Assembly: GCA_963668675.2 (NCBI GenBank)
Contig: CAXXMB010000001.1
Coordinates: 32,001 to 96,000 of the forward strand
DNA: 64,000 nucleotides
Direction: 5' to 3'
Source: an uncultured Desulfatitalea sp.
Lineage (GTDB): Bacteria; Desulfobacterota; Desulfobacteria; Desulfobacterales; Desulfosarcinaceae
Shown: piece after piece, positions 19,465 through 28,572 of the stretch
Position numbering within the stretch: position 1 is the stretch's first letter
Layout of the letters: every line of letters starts with the position of its first letter
Program-made: the position numbers and the translations under genes
The notes under the pieces: model-generated
Databases searched by the model: none
What the model saw: the letters and a program-made list of their open reading frames with translations, nothing else
Told to the model about the DNA's origin: nothing

Positions 19465-20175
19465 CTAAACCTCCAAATATTTCGATCGCGCCTCGGGGTT
19501 GGCTTCCAGCTCTGCGACCGTGCCTTCGTAGCCGATATGGGCTTTGCCCATCAGATAGACGCGATGCGCCAGTGAAGTGGCCACTTTGTAGTTGTGCTCC
19601 ACCAGCAGTACCGACACACCGGCTGCATTGATTTCCGCAAGAATATCACGTACTTCCTTGACAATCAGCGGCGCGAGTCCTTCACTGGGTTCGTCGATGA
19701 GCAGCAAGGAGGGATTGCCCATCAAAGCCCGGGCGATGGAGAGCATCTGCTGCTCGCCTCCGGAAGTAAAGCGGGCCTTCAGGGCCTTTTTTTTGGCCAT
19801 AAACGGGAAATGGGTGTATATGCGCTCGAGGGTCCAAACCTTTTCTGCCGCCTTTCCCCCAACGTCCTTTATCCCCAGTCTGAGATTTTCTTCAATGCTC
19901 AAGCCTCCGAAAACCTGGCGGTCCTCGGGAACATATCCGATGCCGGCCTGGGCGATCTTGAACGGCGGAAGGCCGCGAACGTCTGTTTGATTGAAGATGA
20001 CTTGTCCGGATTTGGGCCGTTCGAGGCCTATGATACTTTTCAATGTTGTGCTTTTGCCCATGCCGTTGCGCCCGAGCAGCGCGACAATTTCGCCTTCCCC
20101 GATATTCATGGATATGTCTTGGAGGGCATGGCTCGACCCGTAAAACGTATTCAGGTTTTTAATTTCAAGGAGCAT
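19465..20175 (-). CDS. livF: Branched-chain-type ABC transporter ATPase (LivF-like)
   Basis: GRNGMGKST, SGGEQQML and DEPSEGLAP. Confidence 0.9.
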   Translation of the reverse strand: MLLEIKNLNTFYGSSHALQDISMNIGEGEIVALLGRNGMGKSTTLKSIIGLERPKSGQVIFNQTDVRGLPPFKIAQAGIGYVPEDRQVFGGLSIEENLRLGIKDVGGKAAEKVWTLERIYTHFPFMAKKKALKARFTSGGEQQMLSIARALMGNPSLLLIDEPSEGLAPLIVKEVRDILAEINAAGVSVLLVEHNYKVATSLAHRVYLMGKAHIGYEGTVAELEANPEARSKYLEV

Positions 20176-20178
20176 CCC

Positions 20179-20931
20179 CTAAACCTCCGTGTCGCCGAGA
20201 TAGGCTGATTTTACCCGTTCGTCGGTTTTGATGACGTCCGGCTTGTCGGTTGCCAAAATTTCGCCATGGTGAAGGACGGTGATGCGGTCAGCCAGAGAGA
20301 AGACCACATCCATGTCATGCTCTACGATGACCATGCTTTTACCTTCCGTCAGCTTGAGAATGAGTTCAACGGCTGCATGGGTCTCTTCTTTCGACATGCC
20401 GGCGGTCGGCTCATCGAACATCAGTAAATCCGGGTTGGTGGCGATGGCCATCCCCAGTTCGAGGCTGCGCTGTTTACCGTATGAGAGACTGCTTGTCAGT
20501 TCATGGCGCTCATCGTACAGACTGATCTGCCGAAGGGTTTCATCGGTCTCTTCGGCAACCTGCTTCAACGTGTCTGTCCTGCGCAGCAAATCATATCGAA
20601 TCTTCTGCTTGGACAGAACGGCAAGGCGAATGTTCTCATAGGCCGTCTGCTTTTGGAATGTACTGGTAATTTGGAACGAACGGCCCAGGCCCATGCGGGT
20701 TAACTTGAATGGTTTGGTCTTAGTGACATCAAACCCCTTAAAAAAAACCCGACCCTCTTTTGCCGTATATGTACCAGTAATAACATTGAAAAGGGTCGTT
20801 TTGCCCGCTCCGTTTGGACCGATAATGGCGTGCCGCTCACCGTCCCGGATGTTCAGATTGACTTGCGTCAGAACCTCCAACCCATCGAAATGGTGGCAAA
20901 GCCCTTTTGTTTCCAGGATGCCCATCAACAC
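20179..20931 (-). CDS. livG: Branched-chain-type ABC transporter ATPase (LivG-like)
   Basis: GPNGAGKTT, LSYG, DEPTAG and EHDMD. Confidence 0.9.
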   Translation of the reverse strand: MLMGILETKGLCHHFDGLEVLTQVNLNIRDGERHAIIGPNGAGKTTLFNVITGTYTAKEGRVFFKGFDVTKTKPFKLTRMGLGRSFQITSTFQKQTAYENIRLAVLSKQKIRYDLLRRTDTLKQVAEETDETLRQISLYDERHELTSSLSYGKQRSLELGMAIATNPDLLMFDEPTAGMSKEETHAAVELILKLTEGKSMVIVEHDMDVVFSLADRITVLHHGEILATDKPDVIKTDERVKSAYLGDTEV

Positions 20932-20938
20932 ACTCCTT

Positions 20939-21901
20939 TCAGTTTGAAAACCACTTGGCTTTGGCCAGATTGTATAAACCGACGAACCCGCTGCGGAAGA
21001 ACATGACCACCGAGATCAGGAGCAGGCCGTTGATGAGGAATATTTTATCGGTATTGCGTACCGCCAATTCCTCCAATCCGGTCATCACCCCGGCACCCAC
21101 AATCGGTCCGATAAAGGTACCGATGCCGCCGACGAAGACCATCATGATTGCCGTAAACGAATTCATCACGTGAAAGACACCGTCCGGCGAAACGAGATTT
21201 TGGAAAAGCGCATAAACCGCGCCCGCCATGCCGGCAAAGAAACCGGAGATGAGAAACATGATGGTTTTCGAAAGCGGGATGTTGAACCCGAGGTAGTTGA
21301 CCCGGTCCGCATTGTCACGAATACCGGCCATGACGCTGCCGAAAGGGGTGCGGGTGGCGTACCACATCACCCATAAGCCGAGGCCACAGATGGCAACGGC
21401 GAAGTAGTAGAAATGAATGGGCTGTACCATGTCGATGGAGATACCGCCGGGAATGTCCAGTGACGGTATGGGAAAACCGCCCACGCCGTCTTCCCCGTAG
21501 GTGATCTTCCTGAGTTTAATACAGGCAACGAACAAAAGCTGCCCCAGCGCCAGTGTGAGCAGGGCAAAGGCTGTGTCCTTCACGCGAACGAGAATGGGGC
21601 TGACGATGAGCGCCAGAAGGGCGCCTGCAAAGCAGCCGATACCGATCGAGGTGAACAGCCCGAGCTGTTCGATATGATCGAGCGACAGGGCCGTTGCGTA
21701 AGCACCGATACCGAAAAACATGGCGTGGCCGAAACTGAGCAAACCGGTAAAACTGAGCAGCAGGTTCAAACTGGCTGCAAATACGGCAAAGATGGCAAAG
21801 CGGATAAACAGATTCGTGTAAACGCTGCTGAAGACCAGGGGGTATACGAGCAATATGACGACCAGCAGCAGCCATGGGATCCATTTTTTGTAATTGTTCA
21901 T
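20939..21901 (-). CDS. livM: Branched-chain-type ABC permease (LivM-like)
   Basis: TGLLSFGHAMFFGIGAY and IRDN-x-x-R. The ATG at 21901 overlaps the upstream stop. Confidence 0.88.
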   Translation of the reverse strand: MNNYKKWIPWLLLVVILLVYPLVFSSVYTNLFIRFAIFAVFAASLNLLLSFTGLLSFGHAMFFGIGAYATALSLDHIEQLGLFTSIGIGCFAGALLALIVSPILVRVKDTAFALLTLALGQLLFVACIKLRKITYGEDGVGGFPIPSLDIPGGISIDMVQPIHFYYFAVAICGLGLWVMWYATRTPFGSVMAGIRDNADRVNYLGFNIPLSKTIMFLISGFFAGMAGAVYALFQNLVSPDGVFHVMNSFTAIMMVFVGGIGTFIGPIVGAGVMTGLEELAVRNTDKIFLINGLLLISVVMFFRSGFVGLYNLAKAKWFSN

Positions 21902-22767
21902 TGTCTTTCTCCGAACAGACCGGTGGGTTTCAGTGAGAGTACGATGACCATCAGGCCAAAGGTGATCAGCGGTGCGACGGTCGGGATAAATTGAATGCCG
22001 TACGCATTCAGAAGCCCAATAAGAATGGCGGCCACAAATGCGCCCCATAGACTTCCCAACCCGCCTAATACCACCACCACAAATGCATCGAGGCCGATCT
22101 GATCGGCGAGCCCTGGAAACACGGACAGCAGCGGAGCGACCACTACACCGGCCAGACCGGCCAACCAGGTTCCGAATCCGAAAAAGAGGGTGAAGATCAG
22201 CGGCACATTGATGCCCAGTGCACCGACCATGTCGGCATTGGTCGTTGCCGCCCGTACGATGGTGCCAAACCGCGTTTTATTGAAGAGTTGGATCATGCCG
22301 ACCAGCACCGCAATTGTAAAGGCGATGACGAAAAGCCGATAGTTCGGGTATTTCAAAAATCCGATGGGAACGAAGCCCTTCAGTAAATCCGGCGCCCCGA
22401 CCATCAAGCTTTGTGTGCCCCAGACGGATTTTACCACTTCAAGCAAAATCATTCCGATACCCACCGTCAGGACCATCTCTGGAATGTGCCCGAATGGATG
22501 AATCTTTTTGATCAAATAACGCTCCATGATCATACCGATAATGGCGATGATGACCGGTGCCACGATTAACGCGACCCAGAAATTGGTCATGGTCGCAATG
22601 GTATAGCAGAAATAGGCGGCCAACATGAAGAGATAGGCATGTGAAAGGTTTAGAATATCCATCAATCCGAAGATCATGCTCAGACCGGAGGCAACCAGGA
22701 AAAGAAGCATACCGTAGGAGATGCCATGAATGCCTTGGGATATCAGGATAAAGGTTGTCGGGCTCAT
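21898..22767 (-). CDS. livH: Branched-chain-type ABC permease (LivH-like)
   Basis: GLSMIFGLMDILNLSH, TRFG-x-x-VRA, VVVVLGGLGS and KPTGLFG. Confidence 0.88.
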   Translation of the reverse strand: MSPTTFILISQGIHGISYGMLLFLVASGLSMIFGLMDILNLSHAYLFMLAAYFCYTIATMTNFWVALIVAPVIIAIIGMIMERYLIKKIHPFGHIPEMVLTVGIGMILLEVVKSVWGTQSLMVGAPDLLKGFVPIGFLKYPNYRLFVIAFTIAVLVGMIQLFNKTRFGTIVRAATTNADMVGALGINVPLIFTLFFGFGTWLAGLAGVVVAPLLSVFPGLADQIGLDAFVVVVLGGLGSLWGAFVAAILIGLLNAYGIQFIPTVAPLITFGLMVIVLSLKPTGLFGERQ

Positions 22768-22994
22768 TTGGTGTCCTCCACAAACATAGAAGCGGCGCCC
22801 ATGCAACAAAGGCTGACTTCAAATTGAATCCGGGCGGTTTAATTTCGCGGTGCCGATAGCGCCGGTTGGGCTGCAACAGCAGCACCGCACTCTCGATGAT
22901 GAAAAAGGGGCCCAAGTCTATCATTGCGGGCCCCAATCATCAGCACGGGCTTGCATCCCTTGTCTACTTCGCCAAGGCGTGTAGACTGGGAATT

Positions 22995-24374
22995 CTACTT
23001 TTTTAAACGATCTTTAAGTCCCTCGGGAATCGGAGGGGTGCACTTATCCATGGGGATGGTGGTGACGTTGTGGAGCCCCGCAAATCCTTCTGTATAGAGC
23101 GCGCCCGGGTATACCTCTTTGGTTGGATAAGCAGTAACCCCTACATACATCGGAAATATCGCCTGGTGATCCTCGGCTCGCATTATGCGAGTTCCCTGCA
23201 TGGAGTGATACTCGTACCCTTCCCATGTCGTGACGATCTTTTCCGGATCCGTCGTTCCGGCTTTTTCGATGACGTCAAACAGCCAGTAGGTATCGGAAAT
23301 GGTTTGGCCAATCACGATTTCAGGCCATTTGTAGAGAAGCTTGTTATAAGGATCTTTCCAGGTGAGCCATTGCCTGTTCCAAGCTTCCATCAATTTGGCT
23401 TGTGCCTTCGTTTGGGGGGTATCACCGCTCATCCAGGAATACCCGGTGACCATATCCTTGCTCCCTTCGGGCCCCACTATTTTGTATGAGTCGTGGTTTG
23501 TGACGTAGATATTGGCGATGGGAAGGTCCAATCCCATGTTTCGGGCCTGCTTGAGCAGGTTCTCGGCATCGGGCATCCAGTCGGCGGTATACAGGACTTG
23601 CGGTTGAGCCGCCATCACCTTGGTCAGAAACGGCGCGAAATCCTTTAGCCAAAGCTCGTGAAAGTCTTCGCCGACAATTTCGGCTTCGGGCTTGTACATG
23701 GCCAGCGCCTTTTTGAATTCGTTGGCCATGCTGTGTCCGTAAAGATAATCCTGGCATAGAATGTAAAATTTGGTCTGTGGCTGTTTGGACCAATAGTAGG
23801 CCATGGCCATGTTCCATTGAGTCGTATTACTCAACGTCCGGAAGGTGTAGCGATTGAAGTTTTTGGCGTCCATCAGTTCATTGGACAAGGCCAGGCAGTT
23901 CATGAAAGGGACTTTGTACTTGCCGGCCACGTCACCGATCACTTTGGCTAGATGGGATCCGGAAGTACCCCATAGAACATCCACTTTCTCTTCCAGGCAA
24001 AGCCGCTCCGCCTCCTGCTTAGTGGCAGCCGGTTTCCCCTGGGTATCGCCTTTGACGATCTCGATTTTTTTCTTTTTTCCATCTACGAGGATCCCCCCTC
24101 GCTTGTTCAGATCGTAGGCGACCCAATTGACCACGGGCCAGAAGAGCTCCCCGTTGCCGGCAGCGGGACCACTCATAATTTGCATGTAGCCCACTTTTAT
24201 GGTGTCCCCCGTCGGCTGTTTGACCGTGTTTGGGTCAAAATCGGTCATGTCCGACATTTTAGTGATATCGAATGTGGAACTCGCACCAATTGCCGAGGGG
24301 ACAACAGCCAGGAAGGCCATTCCCAATAAAAGAGCCCCTACCAAGAAATAGCGACCAACAACTACAGATTTCAT
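22995..24374 (-). CDS. ABC transporter substrate-binding protein (Leu/Ile/Val-binding family)
   Basis: Signal peptide, IKVG...SGPAA, QDYLYG and R-x-x-DHQA. First gene of the Liv-type operon. Confidence 0.85.
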   Translation of the reverse strand: MKSVVVGRYFLVGALLLGMAFLAVVPSAIGASSTFDITKMSDMTDFDPNTVKQPTGDTIKVGYMQIMSGPAAGNGELFWPVVNWVAYDLNKRGGILVDGKKKKIEIVKGDTQGKPAATKQEAERLCLEEKVDVLWGTSGSHLAKVIGDVAGKYKVPFMNCLALSNELMDAKNFNRYTFRTLSNTTQWNMAMAYYWSKQPQTKFYILCQDYLYGHSMANEFKKALAMYKPEAEIVGEDFHELWLKDFAPFLTKVMAAQPQVLYTADWMPDAENLLKQARNMGLDLPIANIYVTNHDSYKIVGPEGSKDMVTGYSWMSGDTPQTKAQAKLMEAWNRQWLTWKDPYNKLLYKWPEIVIGQTISDTYWLFDVIEKAGTTDPEKIVTTWEGYEYHSMQGTRIMRAEDHQAIFPMYVGVTAYPTKEVYPGALYTEGFAGLHNVTTIPMDKCTPPIPEGLKDRLKK

Positions 24375-24650
24375 TCAGACCTCCCATCGATCCTGTTATT
24401 AAGATAGTGGTTATTAGGTTGCACCAATACGTCAACTTGATTGGCTTGTTTTATAAGAGGGTAATCTATCCGTTTATAGCGATGGAGTGTTATTTTTGCA
24501 TTGTCTGGTGGGGCTAAGAACATGAGATCATGTCCGTTCATTGAAATGAGCTGTCTGTAAAAACGCTGTTTTTCTTAAACTATGTTCGACTCAGGCGAAC
24601 TTATATTTTGATATGGGGTTGGTGTCAACTATAAAACGAACGTTCGTTTC

Positions 24651-24762
24651 AAACGCCGAATCGGCCACATAGACAAAGGCGCTGGGCTTCAAACCATGGG
24701 GGGTCATATGTTTGGAGATGTTGGTCAGCAGTTCGTTGTTCAGGGTCTTGTCCGAGGCGTCC
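24651..24762 (-). mobile_element. Internal transposase fragment (IS1634-like)
   Basis: Reads DASDKTLNNELLTNISKHMTPHGLKPSAFVYVADSAF, resembling the IS1634 GN-x-SD...ADSA region. No intact ORF around it. Confidence 0.6.
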
Positions 24763-24904
24763 GGGTTATCTCGTCCCGGCCGAGGATGACCGGCTGGCCT
24801 CTTATGTTTGCCAATCAAGAGCCGATATGAGACAAAGGGCAGGTGGGTCGGGTGCACGGGTTTAACCTTAAAATTTTCAGCCGTCCCTGAACCGTGGGCA
24901 ACCA

Positions 24905-25714
24905 TTGCGGGGCAACATCTTTTCAATGAATTTTATCAGGGGGGATGGAATATTGCGATTCAACGGACGAAAATGCATTGCCGGGTCAATCCTCTGCATG
25001 GCACTGGGGTTTTGTATCTTTGCGGCAGCTGTGTTTGCGGCCCAATCCAAAACGCGCAATGCCGATGGATACACCAACCGAATGCCCATTGGCTGGGATG
25101 AAGCTTTTTTCACGGTGATTGCATCACCGGAAGACAGCCGGCTCGAAGCCGGAGAGATTCTCAGCGAAATTAAAAAAATCGATACAGACACTGTGGTGGC
25201 GCAAAGCATGGGTCGGATCAAAGCCCAGCCACAGGAGTGTTATCAATTGGTGCGCAACTACGATCAATACATCCGCCTGATGCCCCATACGGTGGAAAGC
25301 AAAGTGATTCGCTCCTTTTCTTTGGAGAATTCCGACTCCGGCGAAGAGGCAGTGGATTTTTGGACCCGGATTCGAGTGTTTGGATTCAGCACGGGTTACC
25401 TGTTGCGCATCGCCCATTTGGCTGAACCGGACAATACGGCGTTTGGCACCTATTGGACCTTGGTGGACGACCCGGCCCAAACCACCGGGTGCATGGATGC
25501 CCAAGACCAACCATGTCAAAACGATCTGGCCATCAATGTGGGCTCCCATCGCTTTGAACCCTTTCCCGGCCATCCCGAATTTACCCTGCACACCTACACC
25601 CTGATCATAGAGGGAACACGGTGGTACCAGCGGGCCGCCTTTCGCCTGGGGGCCAGACAATCCATGGCAGAAGTAATTCTGGGAATTCGCGCGGCGCTCA
25701 ACTGCGCTGAATGA
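24905..25714 (+). CDS. Secreted SRPBCC/START-like (polyketide cyclase-like) protein; start uncertain
   Basis: Hydrophobic signal-like segment and an I-x-A-x-P...V-x-NYDQY-x-x-x-MPH-x-x-ES pattern typical of SRPBCC domains. Confidence 0.55.
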   Translation: MRGNIFSMNFIRGDGILRFNGRKCIAGSILCMALGFCIFAAAVFAAQSKTRNADGYTNRMPIGWDEAFFTVIASPEDSRLEAGEILSEIKKIDTDTVVAQSMGRIKAQPQECYQLVRNYDQYIRLMPHTVESKVIRSFSLENSDSGEEAVDFWTRIRVFGFSTGYLLRIAHLAEPDNTAFGTYWTLVDDPAQTTGCMDAQDQPCQNDLAINVGSHRFEPFPGHPEFTLHTYTLIIEGTRWYQRAAFRLGARQSMAEVILGIRAALNCAE

Positions 25715-25853
25715 GCAGTTGGACAGACCCGGTGTGCGCAACTTTCGAAAGGCACGGCATAACCGCCCGTCGTGAGCGGTTGAAATAGCCGCGCAACAGC
25801 GCCGCCATACGAGGAGGGCTGTGGCGGCCATGGATGCAGTTTCAAACAGCTTG

Positions 25854-26594
25854 TTACGCTGTCAACAACTGTCGATAGAAAACCTTGTGGTGGCTTGACG
25901 GCGAAAACCCGCGCACTTCGACCACGCGGGTTTGGGTATCAATGGAGAGATAGCGCATGGTGTTCGAAGCGCATTCCCCTGAATTGAGATAGACCCCCTT
26001 ACCGATGGAACGGCAAGCCATCTGGTGGGAGTGGCCCATGACGATGATATCATGGTTGCCCCGAACCAGCGCCTTCCATGCCGCTAAATCCAAGTTTGGA
26101 AAAATCTTCTGACCCAACATATAAAGCGGGCCTTCCAGATAGTCGGCCAGCCGCTCCAAGCCCATCCGGCGCAGCCCGCCAATCATCCAGGTCACCAGAA
26201 AAGGCATCCGCGCACCCTCGCCGATAAAGGGGTCGAACTGATGCCCGTGGATGAACCACAGTCTCAATCCGTCCTTGATCAACCGAATCTGGTTTGCGGC
26301 ACCCAACACCGCCTGTGTGATTACATCATGATTTCCAAATATCGTTTGATGGGAGCTGGCGCGCCAACGCCGGGCGAGACGCGAATAGCGGGATAGAATG
26401 GCATCGAGCACATCGGGCCGCGAGCCCGGATAGATACCATAATCGGTCTGATAAATGTCGCCCATGAGGATAATCTGATCATGACGCCGGCAAAGATGAT
26501 CATCAAACTTTAACAGGGCCTCTTCTCCGGCCCGGAATTTGTCCAAAACAGGGGTGTGGGTCAAATGCAGATCCCCAAAAGTCGCAATGCGCAT
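25854..26594 (-). CDS. Calcineurin-like metallophosphoesterase (LpxH-like)
   Basis: DLH, GD, GNHD, HGH, GHSH and NSG motifs. Confidence 0.88.
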   Translation of the reverse strand: MRIATFGDLHLTHTPVLDKFRAGEEALLKFDDHLCRRHDQIILMGDIYQTDYGIYPGSRPDVLDAILSRYSRLARRWRASSHQTIFGNHDVITQAVLGAANQIRLIKDGLRLWFIHGHQFDPFIGEGARMPFLVTWMIGGLRRMGLERLADYLEGPLYMLGQKIFPNLDLAAWKALVRGNHDIIVMGHSHQMACRSIGKGVYLNSGECASNTMRYLSIDTQTRVVEVRGFSPSSHHKVFYRQLLTA

Positions 26595-26905
26595 GTTCCA
26601 TCCAACTCCTACTCTTCATTACAGTTCAAAAACGCGCCGTCTCATGATGCACTATCAACGAACCATCGCATATTCTATATCGCACACTAACCGATTTTTC
26701 TTTAAACGTTAAGATCAAATAGATGAAAGCCGCCTTTTTCCTGCCCCGTCCACCATGCTTCGTCAAAAACAGAAAAACGGCGATTCAAGAAAAATCAATC
26801 TTCGTAAACCGTCGTCGGATGTGACATTAGCGCCGAACAACAAAACCCGGTCATATTTGACCGGGTTTTGTTTTGATATCAATCGTTTTCATTCTGGCCG
26901 AATCT

Positions 26906-27040
26906 TGATGCCACCGTAAAAAGTCGCTCACACGTCATGCCGGACTTGATCCGGAATCCAGAACCCATTGAAAAGATTGGATTACGGCCTTCGCCGGAAT
27001 GATGGAAAAAGTACTTTTGGGACTTTTTACGAGCGCATCA
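26906..27040. repeat. MITE/REP-like element, copy 1
   Basis: Terminal IR TGATG..CGTAAAAAGTC / GACTTTTTACG..CATCA with internal TCATGCCGGACTTGATCCGG...TTCGCCGGAAT. Homologous to 45596-45751. Confidence 0.8.
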
Positions 27041-27129
27041 GTCTTGACGTACAAGGTATTTAGCACCGTTCGGGCTCAGGATATCGGATCTTCATGAAAG
27101 AACGTATTTTCTGGTCGGATAGGCTGACT

Positions 27130-28572
27130 CTACTCTTGCTTTTCAAGGTATTTTTTCAATCGATGTCTCAGGGTGTTTCGGCTGATGCCCAGTGCCTTAG
27201 CCGCTTTGACTTGATTGTGACCGCACGCTTCGAGTGCTTTGAGGATGATGATCTCCTCTACCATCTCAATGATGTTGGCATGAACGCCCTGGTTTGACAG
27301 GTGCAGTATTTCCGGCAACACCATTTCGATTTTTTCTTTCAGCTGATCCATCAATTGCTCCCGATTAGCAGAGTGGGCGCTATGCGCTTTGGGATCATCC
27401 AGCAATTCGATGTGCTCTTGCGTGATTACATCTCCGGCACAGAGAATGACGGCACGCCGAATGCAATTTTCCAGCTCGCGGACATTACCCGGCCATGAGT
27501 ACTGACGAAACCCGTTCAAGACTGTTTCAGACACGTGGTGAACAGGCGTGCTGTATTCATTGCTGAATCTTTCTACAAAGCAATCCACCAGCTCCGGAAT
27601 ATCCTCGGTTCGCTTTCTTAGCGGCGGCATGTGAATTGTGATGACCTTCAAACGCCAGTAAAGGTCTTCGCGAAAGAGGCCCTTTTGGACTTCACGGGCA
27701 AGGTCTTTGTTGGTTGCTGCGATGATGCGGACATCCACGTGCAGGGTCTCCTTACCACCGACACGCTCAAATTCTCCCTCTTGCAACACGCGAAGTAATT
27801 TGGCTTGCAGCGCCATCGACATATCGCCGATTTCATCAAGGAAACAGGTGCCTCCATTGCACCGCTCGATTTTACCAAGCTTGATGCGTTGCGCTCCCGT
27901 GAATGCGCCGGGTTCGTAGCCGAACAACTCGCTTTCGAACAACTGCTCGGGGATAGCGGCGCAATTGATGGCCATAAAGGCCTTCTCTTTTCGGCGGCTA
28001 TGGTGAAATATCGCTCGTGCGACCAGCTCTTTCCCGGTGCCACTTTCACCGCTGATCAACACGGATACATCTTTCTCTGCGATCTGGCCGATCATTTTAT
28101 AGATCGACTGCATCGGTTTGCTTCGGCCGATGAATTTGAGTACGCCTTCCGATGCCGGGGGCGCATCCCTGATAGCGGGGTCGGGCAAAAAAACAACTTC
28201 GTTCATCTGGCGATTGAGTGCCAAGGCCTCACCGACGATGCGGCTGAGTTCTTCGCGTTCGAACGGTTTGTTCAAGTAATCATAGGCCCCTCGCTTCATG
28301 GCTTCGATGGCCGTATCGGTATTGCCGTAGGCGGTCATGATAATAACCGGTGTCTTTATATGGTCGGTTTTGATCTGTTTCAAAGTGTCCAGACCATTGA
28401 GCCCCGGCATTTTATAATCCAATAAAATGAGATCGAAACGTGTCTCGGAAATGGTTTCAAGCGCACGCTTTCCGTTTAAACACAGGGTCACCTCATAGCC
28501 TTTTCTTTTAAAAAAGCGATTGAGAAAGTGATTCAAGCCTTCGTCGTCATCGATAATTAATATCTTTTCCAT
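27130..28572 (-). CDS. sigma54-dependent response regulator (NtrC family)
   Basis: Receiver (ILIIDDD, D-x-x-MP), GESGTGKE, GAFTGA, WPGNVRELEN and a Fis HTH. Confidence 0.95.
   Translation of the reverse strand: MEKILIIDDDEGLNHFLNRFFKRKGYEVTLCLNGKRALETISETRFDLILLDYKMPGLNGLDTLKQIKTDHIKTPVIIMTAYGNTDTAIEAMKRGAYDYLNKPFEREELSRIVGEALALNRQMNEVVFLPDPAIRDAPPASEGVLKFIGRSKPMQSIYKMIGQIAEKDVSVLISGESGTGKELVARAIFHHSRRKEKAFMAINCAAIPEQLFESELFGYEPGAFTGAQRIKLGKIERCNGGTCFLDEIGDMSMALQAKLLRVLQEGEFERVGGKETLHVDVRIIAATNKDLAREVQKGLFREDLYWRLKVITIHMPPLRKRTEDIPELVDCFVERFSNEYSTPVHHVSETVLNGFRQYSWPGNVRELENCIRRAVILCAGDVITQEHIELLDDPKAHSAHSANREQLMDQLKEKIEMVLPEILHLSNQGVHANIIEMVEEIIILKALEACGHNQVKAAKALGISRNTLRHRLKKYLEKQE

Noticed and set aside
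26839..26872. Hairpin AACAAAACCCGGTCA/TGACCGGGTTTTGTT as a fifth att site
   Set aside because: Not preceded by a tRNA-Asn 3' fragment. More likely a terminator.
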